A DNA stretch of 64,000 bases from Alphaproteobacteria bacterium (lineage in GTDB: Bacteria > Pseudomonadota > Alphaproteobacteria > UBA828). The DNA is taken from the NCBI GenBank assembly GCA_965214705.1, contig OZ243972.1, positions 1,184,001 through 1,248,000 of the forward strand, in the 5' to 3' direction. Numbering within the stretch: the first letter of the stretch is position 1; each line of letters opens with the position of its first letter. The notes below the pieces were generated by a model. It ran no database searches and had not been told where the DNA came from. It was given only the letters and a program-made list of their open reading frames with translations. The position numbers and the translations under genes were made by a program. Shown one piece after another: positions 1-8,700 of this stretch.

Positions 1-51
1 CCAGATCGGCGCTCGCCGTCATCTGCGTTCCCCGTGCTTGAGTGCGCGAAG

Positions 52-885
52 CTAGTGCTCCGCCCGCGCCGAATCAACGACCCGTCCGAAGAAGACCGAG
101 GCCAGCGCCGCGCCGCCGTGGCAGAGCGTGAAGAGTGCGAGCGCTGCGACCACGATCGACGGGCCGGACGGCGTATCCCAGGCGAGCGAGCCGTGCAGTC
201 CCCCGGCCACCGCCACTGCCCCGATCGCACTTGCGAGCAGCGCCATCTGTTCGGGTGAGCGGGCTAGTCTGCGCGCCGTCGCCGCCGGGATGATCAGCAG
301 CGACACGATCAGGATCAGCCCGATGATTTTCATGGCGATGGCGACCGCGAGGGCGATCAGGAGGGTGAAGACGATGCGGACGAGACCGGCCCGCACGCCT
401 TCGGCACGCGCGAGCTCTTCGTGGACCGTGACGGCCAGCAGGGGCCGCCAGATCAGCGCCGTCGTCACGAGCACTGCGCCGCCGCCGCCGTAGATCCAGA
501 TCAGGTCGCGGCCGGTGATGGCCAGGATGTCACCAAACAGGTAAGTCATCAGGTCCACGCGCACGCTCTGGAGGAAGCTGATTCCGACGAGACCGAGAGC
601 CAGCGTGCCGTGCGCGAGGATGCCGAGGAGCGTGTCTGTGGCCAGTCGACGCTGCTGCTGGAGCAGGAGCAGCAGCAGGGCCAGCGCGACACACATGAGG
701 ATGATGCCGCCGTTGAGGTCGATGCCGAGGACGACGCCGAGCAGAACACCGAGCAGCGCGCTGTGCGCGATCGAATCGCCGAAATAGGCCATGCGCCGCC
801 ACACCATAAAGCAGCCGAGGGGCCCGGTGGCGAGCGCCACGCCGATGCCGCCCGCGAGCGCGCGCGCAAAGAAGTCGTCGAACAT
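52..885 (-). CDS. znuB: Zinc ABC transporter permease
   Basis: MFDDFFARALAGGIGVALATGPLGCFMVWRRMAYFGDSIAHSALLG is a typical ZnuB N-terminus; multi-TM; downstream of znuC and zur. Confidence 0.93.
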   Translation of the reverse strand: MFDDFFARALAGGIGVALATGPLGCFMVWRRMAYFGDSIAHSALLGVLLGVVLGIDLNGGIILMCVALALLLLLLQQQRRLATDTLLGILAHGTLALGLVGISFLQSVRVDLMTYLFGDILAITGRDLIWIYGGGGAVLVTTALIWRPLLAVTVHEELARAEGVRAGLVRIVFTLLIALAVAIAMKIIGLILIVSLLIIPAATARRLARSPEQMALLASAIGAVAVAGGLHGSLAWDTPSGPSIVVAALALFTLCHGGAALASVFFGRVVDSARAEH

Positions 886-894
886 TGCGCGCGG

Positions 895-1740
895 TTAGTC
901 GGCCCGGTCGGGCTCGAGACCGGCGTCGGGTGGGCCGTCCTCGACCGGTGCCACCGCGATGGGGTGGTCGTGGCGGTGGGCGGGGTCGTGGGTGTAGACC
1001 GCGAGCGCGGCGGCTGCACCGGGCCCGAACAGCGAGATGTACTCGGGGTGCCGGCTCACCGCCTCCGGCTCGCCGGCGCAACAGACATGCCCGTTGATGC
1101 ACACCACGCGGTCGGTCGCGCCCAACACCAGGTGGAGGTCATGGGAGATGACCAGCACGCCGCAGCCGCGCCGATTCCGCAGGCGGGCGATCAATTGGTG
1201 CATGGCAAACTGGCCCGCGAAATCGACCTGCTGGATCGGCTCGTCCAGCACCAGCAGGTCGGGGTTACGAAGCAGCGCGCGGGCGAGCAGGACACGCCTG
1301 AACTCGCCGCCGGAAACGTTGCTGAGCTGACGGTCGATCAGGGGCGCCGCCCCCACCTCGTCCAACACCGCGGCGATATCGGCGCGGGCGCGCCGCCCCG
1401 CCATCGCGAGGAAGCGGCGGGCGGTGAGTGGCAGGAGCTCCTGCGGCTCGATCCGCTGAGGGACGTAGCCCACCACGACGCCGGGCGCGTGATGAACGAC
1501 GCCCGCATCCGGCTTGATGAGGCCGAGCAGGGCGCGCACGGCCGTGGTCTTGCCGGCCCCGTTCGGCCCGATCAGGCTCACTACCTCGCGGCGGCGAACC
1601 TCGATCGAGACCCGATCCAGCACCGTGCGGCCGCCGTAGCGCACGACCAGGTCGCGAGCCGAGGCGAGCGGCGCTCCCTCAACGACGTCCTGCGGCGGGC
1701 GGGTCAGGGGGTCGGTGGAAGCGTCGCGCAGCGCGGACAT
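895..1740 (-). CDS. znuC: Zinc ABC transporter ATP-binding protein
   Basis: Walker A GPNGAGKT, signature VSGGE, Walker B LLVLDE, C-terminal CINGHVCC and His-rich tail; exact start uncertain. Confidence 0.92.
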   Translation of the reverse strand: MSALRDASTDPLTRPPQDVVEGAPLASARDLVVRYGGRTVLDRVSIEVRRREVVSLIGPNGAGKTTAVRALLGLIKPDAGVVHHAPGVVVGYVPQRIEPQELLPLTARRFLAMAGRRARADIAAVLDEVGAAPLIDRQLSNVSGGEFRRVLLARALLRNPDLLVLDEPIQQVDFAGQFAMHQLIARLRNRRGCGVLVISHDLHLVLGATDRVVCINGHVCCAGEPEAVSRHPEYISLFGPGAAAALAVYTHDPAHRHDHPIAVAPVEDGPPDAGLEPDRAD

Positions 1741-2210
1741 CTGCCGTGAAGCTCGATAATCGAGCGTGAGAGCGCAAAGCCGGAGTCTGCCGCCCGGTCG
1801 GCGACGGCACGGTCGATACTCGCCGCATTCAGCTCCGATACGTCACCGCAGCCTCCGCATATGAGGAATTGCGCGCTGTGGCGGTGGTCGGGCTGCGGGC
1901 AGCCGACGAAGGCGTTGAGGCTGTCAATTCGATGGACCAGACCCTGGGCCATCAGGAACTCGAGGGCGCGGTACACCGTGGGCGGCTTCGCCGCGCCCAC
2001 CGCATCGCCGAGCGCCGCGAGCAGATCATAGGCCTTGACCGCCCGATGGCTGCTCCAGACCAGCTCCAGCACCCTGCGCCGCAACGGGGTGAGACGAACG
2101 CCGCGCTCTCGGCACACGTCATCGGCGCGGGCGAGCGCGTCCTCGATACAGGACTGGTGCTCGTGCCCGCCTTCGTGGAAGGCCGGCTTGTCGCCCCGCG
2201 TGGTGTTCAT
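1704..2210 (-). CDS. zur: Fur-family zinc uptake regulator
   Basis: RLTPLRRRVLELV, PPTVYRALEFL, CxxC pairs (CGGC, CPRC); directly upstream of znuCB. Confidence 0.9.
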   Translation of the reverse strand: MNTTRGDKPAFHEGGHEHQSCIEDALARADDVCRERGVRLTPLRRRVLELVWSSHRAVKAYDLLAALGDAVGAAKPPTVYRALEFLMAQGLVHRIDSLNAFVGCPQPDHRHSAQFLICGGCGDVSELNAASIDRAVADRAADSGFALSRSIIELHGRCPRCATLPPTP

Positions 2211-2261
2211 TCCTATCTCGATCGCGCCGCCCGCGGCCGTGACGCGCGGGGCCGGCAGGAC

Positions 2262-2274
2262 GTTACACTATAGC
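2262..2274. promoter_or_regulatory. Putative Zur box upstream of zur-znuCB
   Basis: GTTACACTATAGC, an imperfect palindrome with two mismatches to the GTTATA-N-TATAAC Zur core, ~50 nt upstream of the zur start in otherwise GC-rich DNA. Confidence 0.5.
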
Positions 2275-2320
2275 AGAGCCGTCGTGGATTGTTCAGCGAC
2301 CAAGGGCGTTGCGGACGCCG

Positions 2321-3259
2321 TCAGCGCGCCCAGATCGAAACGGTGCTGAGATAAGTGCGATTGTCGCGGTCGAGCGGATAAAAGATCGTGCTGTCGCGCC
2401 CGAACCAGCGCTCATAGATCTCGTCGTAGCGGCTGTTCGCGTCCTTGACGCCGGAGAACATGTCGATGATGACCCGGTTGACCGTGTCGCGCCACGGGCT
2501 GTCGTCCTGCGGCAGAACGCAGGCCAGCGTTTCCATGGCAAGCGCAAAGGTGCGCGGCAGCAGGACCACGCTGCGACGCGGTTCCTGCTTGGCTGCTAGC
2601 CCCAGCAGAGTGATGCCGATATTGGCGACTCCGCTCACCTCGCCTGCCGCAAGCGCGGTCATGGCGTCCTTCATGGTGGGGAAGAGACGCAGGTTGGCCG
2701 TGGGTAGCTGATCCTGGACGATCGTTACCGTGGTGGTGCCCTCGACCACTCCGATATCGAGCATTCCAAGGTCCACGCCACCCATGGTCTTTTCCCGATA
2801 AATCAGAATGCGCGTGCCGTCGCGGAAGAACGGCACGGAAAAGTCGACCAGCGCTTCCCGATCCCAGGTAGGCGTCGTGATGCCGCACACGATGTCGAGC
2901 TCGCCAGCCGCGACCCGCTCGAGCCGGTCAGCGGGCGTTACCTCGTGCAGTTCCAACGCAACGCTCCGCCCCACCTTCTTCTCTGCGGCGGCGCGAATGG
3001 CCTCCAGCAAGTCGACTGAGAAGCCCTCGAAACTGCCTGTTTCCAGCTTCCGGGCGAAGGGCGGTGCGCTCGCCCTGGTACCGGCGCGAATGACGCCCTC
3101 GGCTTCGATCTTGGCAAGGACGCCATCGGCGGCGGCGTGCGCCGGCGGTGCGAGTTGCGGCACGGCCAACGTCAGGAGAGCAAGCACAAGGCCAACGTAT
3201 CGAACGGGCGACCAAGGGCGAGGCCGAGCGAGATATCGACGTTCACCGAAGCCGGTCAT
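2321..3259 (-). CDS. Polar amino acid ABC substrate-binding protein (family 3, GltI/GlnH-like)
   Basis: Signal-peptide-like segment, then GVIRAGTRASAPPF, GFSVDLL, VDFSVPFF, YDEIYERWFG; start set at ATG 3259 (the ORF track extends to 3511). Confidence 0.85.
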   Translation of the reverse strand: MTGFGERRYLARPRPWSPVRYVGLVLALLTLAVPQLAPPAHAAADGVLAKIEAEGVIRAGTRASAPPFARKLETGSFEGFSVDLLEAIRAAAEKKVGRSVALELHEVTPADRLERVAAGELDIVCGITTPTWDREALVDFSVPFFRDGTRILIYREKTMGGVDLGMLDIGVVEGTTTVTIVQDQLPTANLRLFPTMKDAMTALAAGEVSGVANIGITLLGLAAKQEPRRSVVLLPRTFALAMETLACVLPQDDSPWRDTVNRVIIDMFSGVKDANSRYDEIYERWFGRDSTIFYPLDRDNRTYLSTVSIWAR

Positions 3260-3720
3260 CACTACCCCCGAAGGTCTGTTGCCGCTCGCGAAGATTCTTG
3301 GTGCACACACTGGTACCGCGTGCAGGGCGAGCACTGGTAGAGCGACAGCAGAAACTGACTCCTCGCTACTACTACGATACTCTATTTCGCGATTTAGCCA
3401 TATCGGATAGGCTTTCGACTCGTTGCGGCAAGGGGCACCGTGGCAATGGCCTGGAAGGCCATCGGCATGATCCGCCGATCTTTCCTTGGCCACGTCAAAT
3501 CGAGTTGGCACGATGATTCACGCGACGATCATCGACATCCGACGCGCTGCGGCCAAGGCTTCTCGCCGGGCCTCCATGGTGAATACGGCTTCGGCGCGGA
3601 CAAGGTGATGCGATCGCGCGCTCGAGTCTCGCGCTCTGACAGGGAGGTTGCCGAGGACGGCGGCCACTCCAACGACATTCCCATTCCCGAATCGGCAAAT
3701 TTTCACCTGCGGGTTGGCGC

Positions 3721-5322
3721 ATGAGCCGGCGTCTTTCCAAGTGGTGGCTCCTTCTCGCGGTCTTGCTCACCGCCTGGGCAGGCTTGGCCGTTCCCGCGCT
3801 CGCCGACCGGCTGCAGGAAATTCAGGACCGCGGCCACGTGATCGTCGGCGTCAAGGAGGACTATGCGCCCTTCGGCTTCCGCGACGCAGAGGGAACGCTG
3901 GTTGGCTACGACGTGGACGTGGCGCGCGGCTTCGCAGAGGCCATCGGTGTCGACGTCGAGCTGGTGCCGGTGACCAGCGCCAATCGCCTGCAAAAGGTAG
4001 GCCGGGGCGAGATCGACATCGTCGCCGCCACCATGGGGGATACCCGCAGTCGCCGCGAGCTGGTCACCATGATCGAGCCGCAATACTACGGCGATGGCGC
4101 CAACGTGCTGCTGCGGGACAGCGCCAAGATCGGCACCTGGGCCGACCTGCGCGGCCAGACCGTTTGCGGGCTTCAGGGCTCGCTCTGGAACCGGCTGGCC
4201 AAGCAGCGGCTGCTGCTCGACGTGACAGCATTCAACAGCACCCGCGAAGCCGCCCAAGCGTTGCGCAACGAGCATTGCGTCGGCTGGATCTACGACGAGG
4301 TCCTCCTTCTCCACGAGATCGAGACCGGCGATTGGGAGGGCTATAGCGTCTCCCTGCCGACGCGCTTCGTGCTGCCCTGGGCCGTCGCTATCGCCAAGGA
4401 GGAGGGCGGTGGATCGCTCGATCAGATACTTGGCGACACGCTAGCGCAGTGGCATCGCGACGGCTTCCTGCAATCGCTGGAAAAGAAGTGGGGCCTGCCG
4501 CCTTCTCCGTTCATCCGAGACGCGCGCACCACCTGGCAAGAGGTCGACGAGGCCGGCGAGTTGAAATGCCAGCGCAACGAGCAGGGTCAGTGGCCGCTGG
4601 AATGCCGCGAGGTTGCTCTCGTCACCGGCAGCGGTATCGGCGGCCTCTCGGGCTTCTCGCTGACCATCATGGAGGTGACGGGTCTCGACATCAGCATTCT
4701 GTACGACCCGCTCGACCGAGACGTATTCCTTTATGGGCTGGGACTGACGGCGCTTCTGTCAGTGATCACGGTGGTTGGCAGCATCGTCCTCGGCGTGCTG
4801 TTCGGCTGGCTGATGCACCGGCGAGTGCCCGGCGTGAGCCACTTCCTGCGGGGGTTCAGCGAGTTCATGCGCATGACGCCCCCGCTGCTCCAGCTCTATA
4901 TCGTGTTCTTCGGCCTGGGCGGCGTCCTGCTGGCTCTCGGTTTCACCCTCGACGCCTTCCTTGTCGCCGCCGTGGTGCTGTCGCTCTACGCGGCGTCGAG
5001 CAATGCCATCGCGTTTTCGCTGGCGGCCGATGTTGCCGCTGCAGGCGGCCGCCGGCTCCGCCTCACGCCCAGGGACATTCAGCGGGGATTCGCGCTCTGC
5101 TACGCCGCGGTCATGGGCAACTCCGCCAACATCGTGAAAGCCACAGGGATGGCCAGTACCCTCGCGCTGCCCGAGCTCGTCCACGCCAGCACCTCCATCG
5201 TGGCCGAAAAGGGCAACGCCGACGTGATGATGAATCTGCTTCTGATCTGTTACTTCGTCCTGGTCATCATCACGGTCCAGCTCTTCCGGCGTTTCGAGCG
5301 GGGCAAGGCCGTCACGCGATGA
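3721..5322 (+). CDS. Fused family-3 substrate-binding domain + amino acid ABC permease
   Basis: Signal peptide; VGVKEDYAPFGF...GYDVDVA binding domain; C-terminal HisM/GlnP-type TM domain (FMRMTPPLLQLYIVFFGL). Confidence 0.88.
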   Translation: MSRRLSKWWLLLAVLLTAWAGLAVPALADRLQEIQDRGHVIVGVKEDYAPFGFRDAEGTLVGYDVDVARGFAEAIGVDVELVPVTSANRLQKVGRGEIDIVAATMGDTRSRRELVTMIEPQYYGDGANVLLRDSAKIGTWADLRGQTVCGLQGSLWNRLAKQRLLLDVTAFNSTREAAQALRNEHCVGWIYDEVLLLHEIETGDWEGYSVSLPTRFVLPWAVAIAKEEGGGSLDQILGDTLAQWHRDGFLQSLEKKWGLPPSPFIRDARTTWQEVDEAGELKCQRNEQGQWPLECREVALVTGSGIGGLSGFSLTIMEVTGLDISILYDPLDRDVFLYGLGLTALLSVITVVGSIVLGVLFGWLMHRRVPGVSHFLRGFSEFMRMTPPLLQLYIVFFGLGGVLLALGFTLDAFLVAAVVLSLYAASSNAIAFSLAADVAAAGGRRLRLTPRDIQRGFALCYAAVMGNSANIVKATGMASTLALPELVHASTSIVAEKGNADVMMNLLLICYFVLVIITVQLFRRFERGKAVTR

Positions 5323-5996
5323 CCGCGCAGGAGACCGTCGACGTCCTGTGGGCCTGGTCGCCCTACCTGGCGGAAGGATTTGGCTGGAACATCATTGTTT
5401 CCTTGGTTGCCATGGCCGTCGGTACCATCGTCGGCCTGGGGCTGGCGTTGCTGCGGGGTGGCGCCCACTGGAGTGTGAGGCATAGCGGCAGCGCGGTGAC
5501 GACGCTCGCGCGCAATGCGCCGACCTTCGTCATGTTGTTCTATCTCGCCTACATCATCCCCACCGAGTTCACTCTCTTCGGCGCCGCCGTGACATTCCCG
5601 GCGTGGATCAAGGCGTCGCTCGCGTTGGGCATCGCCGTCGCCGGTTACGTGTCCGACAACGCGCTCGCCGCCATACGGCATCTGCGCCGCCACGAGATCG
5701 CGGAGGCGCTGCTGTTCGTGCCGGCATGGACCAGCTACTTTCTGATCATCGTCATGGCCTCCAGCACCGCCTCGGTAATCGGTGTGCCCGAGCTCGTACG
5801 CCGCGCGGATACGGTGATCGGCGCGGTCGACAAGGTGGGGCTCGCGCTCTGGGTCTATCTTTGGGCCATGATCTGGTTCCTCGGGTTTAGCCTGCTGCTG
5901 ACCTTCGGCATGAACCGGCTGAGCGGCTATCTCAGGCGGCGCGCACACCACCCGGAGACGGAGACCACGGACCTCACTGGGAGTCCGCTGCCATGA
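5319..5996 (+). CDS. Amino acid ABC permease (HisM/GlnP-like, atypical)
   Basis: ATGA overlap with the previous gene; PYLAEGFGWNIIVSL, RNAPTFVMLFYL, SSTASVIGVPEL. Confidence 0.85.
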   Translation: MTAQETVDVLWAWSPYLAEGFGWNIIVSLVAMAVGTIVGLGLALLRGGAHWSVRHSGSAVTTLARNAPTFVMLFYLAYIIPTEFTLFGAAVTFPAWIKASLALGIAVAGYVSDNALAAIRHLRRHEIAEALLFVPAWTSYFLIIVMASSTASVIGVPELVRRADTVIGAVDKVGLALWVYLWAMIWFLGFSLLLTFGMNRLSGYLRRRAHHPETETTDLTGSPLP

Positions 5997-6051
5997 CGGC
6001 GTCCCCCGCCCGGCGTCGGCAGTCGCTGGGCACCGTTGCCGACCGCTCCCT

Positions 6052-8037
6052 GTGACCCTTTCCAGACGACTGATCATCACGGTCGCCGCGTCCGTCGGCG
6101 TCGCGATCATCGGCGTCTCGCTGGCGATGGGCTTGCTCGCGCGCGATGCCTTGATCGAGCAGGCCGAAGATCAGGCGCGGCTCGTCGCCGGGCTGATCGC
6201 GAGCGAAGCCAACCGTGCGGAGCACACCGCCGACGAGATCGACCGAATGATCGTCGGGCAGATGGAAGCGCAGGCGCTGGCCATCGCCCGCCATCTCGAT
6301 AACCGCGCGCATGGGACAGAAGACGAGGGCGCTCTCGGCATCTATTTCGCAAAGCTGACGGCGGACAGCGTTGTCGATGATGTCTGGCTGCTGGACGAAG
6401 CCGGTACGCCGCTGGTGCGCGCGGTCGAAGGCCTGAGCCAGAGCGATGCGCCGGATCTGGCGTCCGCCGGGATCGATCCCCGTGTCGTGGAGGCCTTAGT
6501 CTCGGGGCGGCGTTTTTCCGTCGCCTTCCAGTCGATGCCGCCGAAGGGGTTGGAAAAACCTATCAGGTACGTCGGCGTTCGCGCAGGCACTCGCGAGTCC
6601 GTGCTGGTCGGGACGCTGGCGGCGGACACCAGCGGTCCCGGCGAGGTCATCGGCATCGACGCGGCTCTGGACTCGCTGGCCGGGCGGGAAGCCGTCCAGG
6701 CGATCTGGGTGGTCAACGACTTGCTTCACCTCATCGGCATGGCCACCTTCGGGGGCAGAGGCGTCTCCGAAGCCGAGGCGGCGTTGTCGGCGGAGGACCA
6801 GGACCTTGCCACCCGCGCTCTCGGTATCGACGGCGCCGTCTCGTATCTCGGCGAGCATGCCCTCCATGTGGCGGCGCCGATCCTTGATCGCGGTGGGGTC
6901 GCCACGGGCGCCGCCGTAATCCACATGCAGCGAGACCATCTGGATCAGCTGTTCGCGGACCACATCAAGTACGGATTGATCGTGGCTGCGGCAGCCTTCG
7001 CCATCGGCTCGCTCATCGCGGCGTTCTCCGCGCGCCGTATCGTGCAGCCGGTCACCGCGTTGACCACGGCGGCAGCGGAGGTGGATACCGATACGCTCAG
7101 TTTCGCCCCGGAAACGCTGGACCCGGTGGCCGTTCGGCGGGACGAGCTCGGGACGCTGGTCCGCGTCTTTCAGAACATGGTGCGACAGGTCCAGGCGCGC
7201 GAGGAATACCTGGAAAGCATGGTGCGCGCCCGCACGCGCGAGCTGGAGGCATCGAACGCGCAGCTGGAAAAGGCCAAGCAGCGGATGGAATCCGAGCTCA
7301 TGATCGCGCACGCCTTGCAGGGAGCGATCCTACCCAAGACGCTGCCGGAGAGTTCGAGCTATTCGGGGCACGCGGTCATGACGCCTGCGCGCGAAATGGG
7401 CGGCGACTTCTACGACTTCTTCACCCTCGACGACGGTCGCCTCAGCGTGGTCATGGCGGACGTTTCCGGTAAGGGCGTGCCGGCCGCGTTCTTTATGGCG
7501 ATCGCGCGGACCGTCATGCGGGCCGCCGCGGCCCGGCATCCCACCCCGGGCCCATGCCTGGAGGAAGTCAACGACGCCATATGCGAGCAGAATCCCCAGG
7601 ACCTGTTCGTGACGCTCTTCTACGGCATCCTGAATCCCGAGACTGGAGAGTTCGTGTACGCCAACGCCGGGCACAACCCGCCCTACGTGGTTCAGCATCC
7701 TGGCGCAGTTTCGGCGTTGCCAATGACCGGGGGCATGGCTGTCGGTGTCATGCCCGGATTGCCCTATGCCGAGGACGCGGTAAATCTGGCTCCGGGAGAC
7801 ACGATGTTCCTCTACACCGACGGCATCACCGAGGCCATGAACGTGGACGACGAGGAGTTCACCGAGGCACGCCTGGAGGAGGTCTTGGCCGAAGGTCGCG
7901 ATCTGCCTGTCGATTCCATCCTTGAGAATGTCACCAGCGCGGTGGTTAACTTCGCTGCGGGAGCAGAGCAGTCCGACGACATCACCTGCATCGTGCTGCG
8001 CTATGACGGTACGGCAGATCACGGCGCCTCCGGCTGA
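6052..8037 (+). CDS. Membrane sensor PP2C/SpoIIE (RsbU-like) serine phosphatase with HAMP domain
   Basis: Two TM segments flank a periplasmic region; HAMP (RRDELGTLVRVFQNM); SpoIIE motifs GGDFYDFF, ADVSGKGVPAA, NAGHNPP, YTDGITEA, SDDIT. Confidence 0.92.
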   Translation: MTLSRRLIITVAASVGVAIIGVSLAMGLLARDALIEQAEDQARLVAGLIASEANRAEHTADEIDRMIVGQMEAQALAIARHLDNRAHGTEDEGALGIYFAKLTADSVVDDVWLLDEAGTPLVRAVEGLSQSDAPDLASAGIDPRVVEALVSGRRFSVAFQSMPPKGLEKPIRYVGVRAGTRESVLVGTLAADTSGPGEVIGIDAALDSLAGREAVQAIWVVNDLLHLIGMATFGGRGVSEAEAALSAEDQDLATRALGIDGAVSYLGEHALHVAAPILDRGGVATGAAVIHMQRDHLDQLFADHIKYGLIVAAAAFAIGSLIAAFSARRIVQPVTALTTAAAEVDTDTLSFAPETLDPVAVRRDELGTLVRVFQNMVRQVQAREEYLESMVRARTRELEASNAQLEKAKQRMESELMIAHALQGAILPKTLPESSSYSGHAVMTPAREMGGDFYDFFTLDDGRLSVVMADVSGKGVPAAFFMAIARTVMRAAAARHPTPGPCLEEVNDAICEQNPQDLFVTLFYGILNPETGEFVYANAGHNPPYVVQHPGAVSALPMTGGMAVGVMPGLPYAEDAVNLAPGDTMFLYTDGITEAMNVDDEEFTEARLEEVLAEGRDLPVDSILENVTSAVVNFAAGAEQSDDITCIVLRYDGTADHGASG

Positions 8038-8109
8038 GGGCGACTGGTTGTGCCATCGCGCAGCAACGTATCAAATGAGCGAAGACCATCTGAGGGTGAA
8101 GAAATCGGT

Positions 8110-8690
8110 AGCGGAAATTGCTCTTCCACGCTGTCATAAGAGAACACGTGTAGTGTGGAACCAGCGCAAACGACGTCAGTTCGAGGTTTGGCGTCAAAAA
8201 TGAGTTTCCGAAGCGGCGAAACAGGGAGGCGATGATCATGAGCGGATACGAGAAAGTGCCCCCGTAAGAGCAGCTAAGGTGAAGGCGGCCGGCGATACCG
8301 AGGCGAAAGGGATCGTCGGCGGGACCAGGCAAGGGAGCCCAAATCACGCCAGCCGACGGAAGGAGAGTTCACGAACTCCACCGGCGGCCGAAGCCCCGGC
8401 GTTCCGTCGCGAAACCGCCGAGTTGGTCCGCTAGAACCGAAGCTGCACAGCCAATCCCACGCGTCCCAGCGGGCCCCTGAATTTTGCCAGAGGCCCGGGC
8501 GGGGCAGCTACAACAAGCCCGACCAGGCGAGATGGGTTCCCTGTCGCCTGGACGGGGCCAAACCTTACGGTCGAACGTTCGACGCCTCGACCTGGGACGG
8601 ATGGGAGGTATCGGTGGATCCACCCCGGCCCCTATCGGTGGGCCGGCACAGCGCGACTCAAACAATTTCGACGTTGCGGTCGCGCCCTTA
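8110..8690. ncRNA. Candidate large structured non-coding RNA, family not recognised
   Basis: About 660-nt gap with no convincing long CDS and many nested helices, e.g. 8112-8119/8203-8210, 8124-8133/8151-8160, 8172-8179/8188-8195, 8288-8296/8312-8320, 8354-8361/8402-8409, 8462-8469/8592-8599, 8523-8530/8544-8551. Confidence 0.45.
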
Positions 8691-8700
8691 GGGATAGGCC

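Noticed and set aside
3507-3522. TGGCACG as a possible sigma-54 promoter for the ABC/PP2C operon
   Set aside because: There is no TTGC -12 element at the required spacing. The similar words at ~41442 and ~47074 fail the same test.
8166-8230. GCAAACGAC, resembling the start of the tmRNA tag (AND...)
   Set aside because: The frame does not end in an Ala-Ala-stop tag, and I found no tRNA-like acceptor or T-arm ending in CCA.
8240-8430. Short words resembling RNase P RNA (GAAAGTGCC, GTAAGAGC, AAACCGCC)
   Set aside because: The order is wrong and the universal GAGGAAAGTCC and AGAACCCGGCTTA P4 segments are absent.
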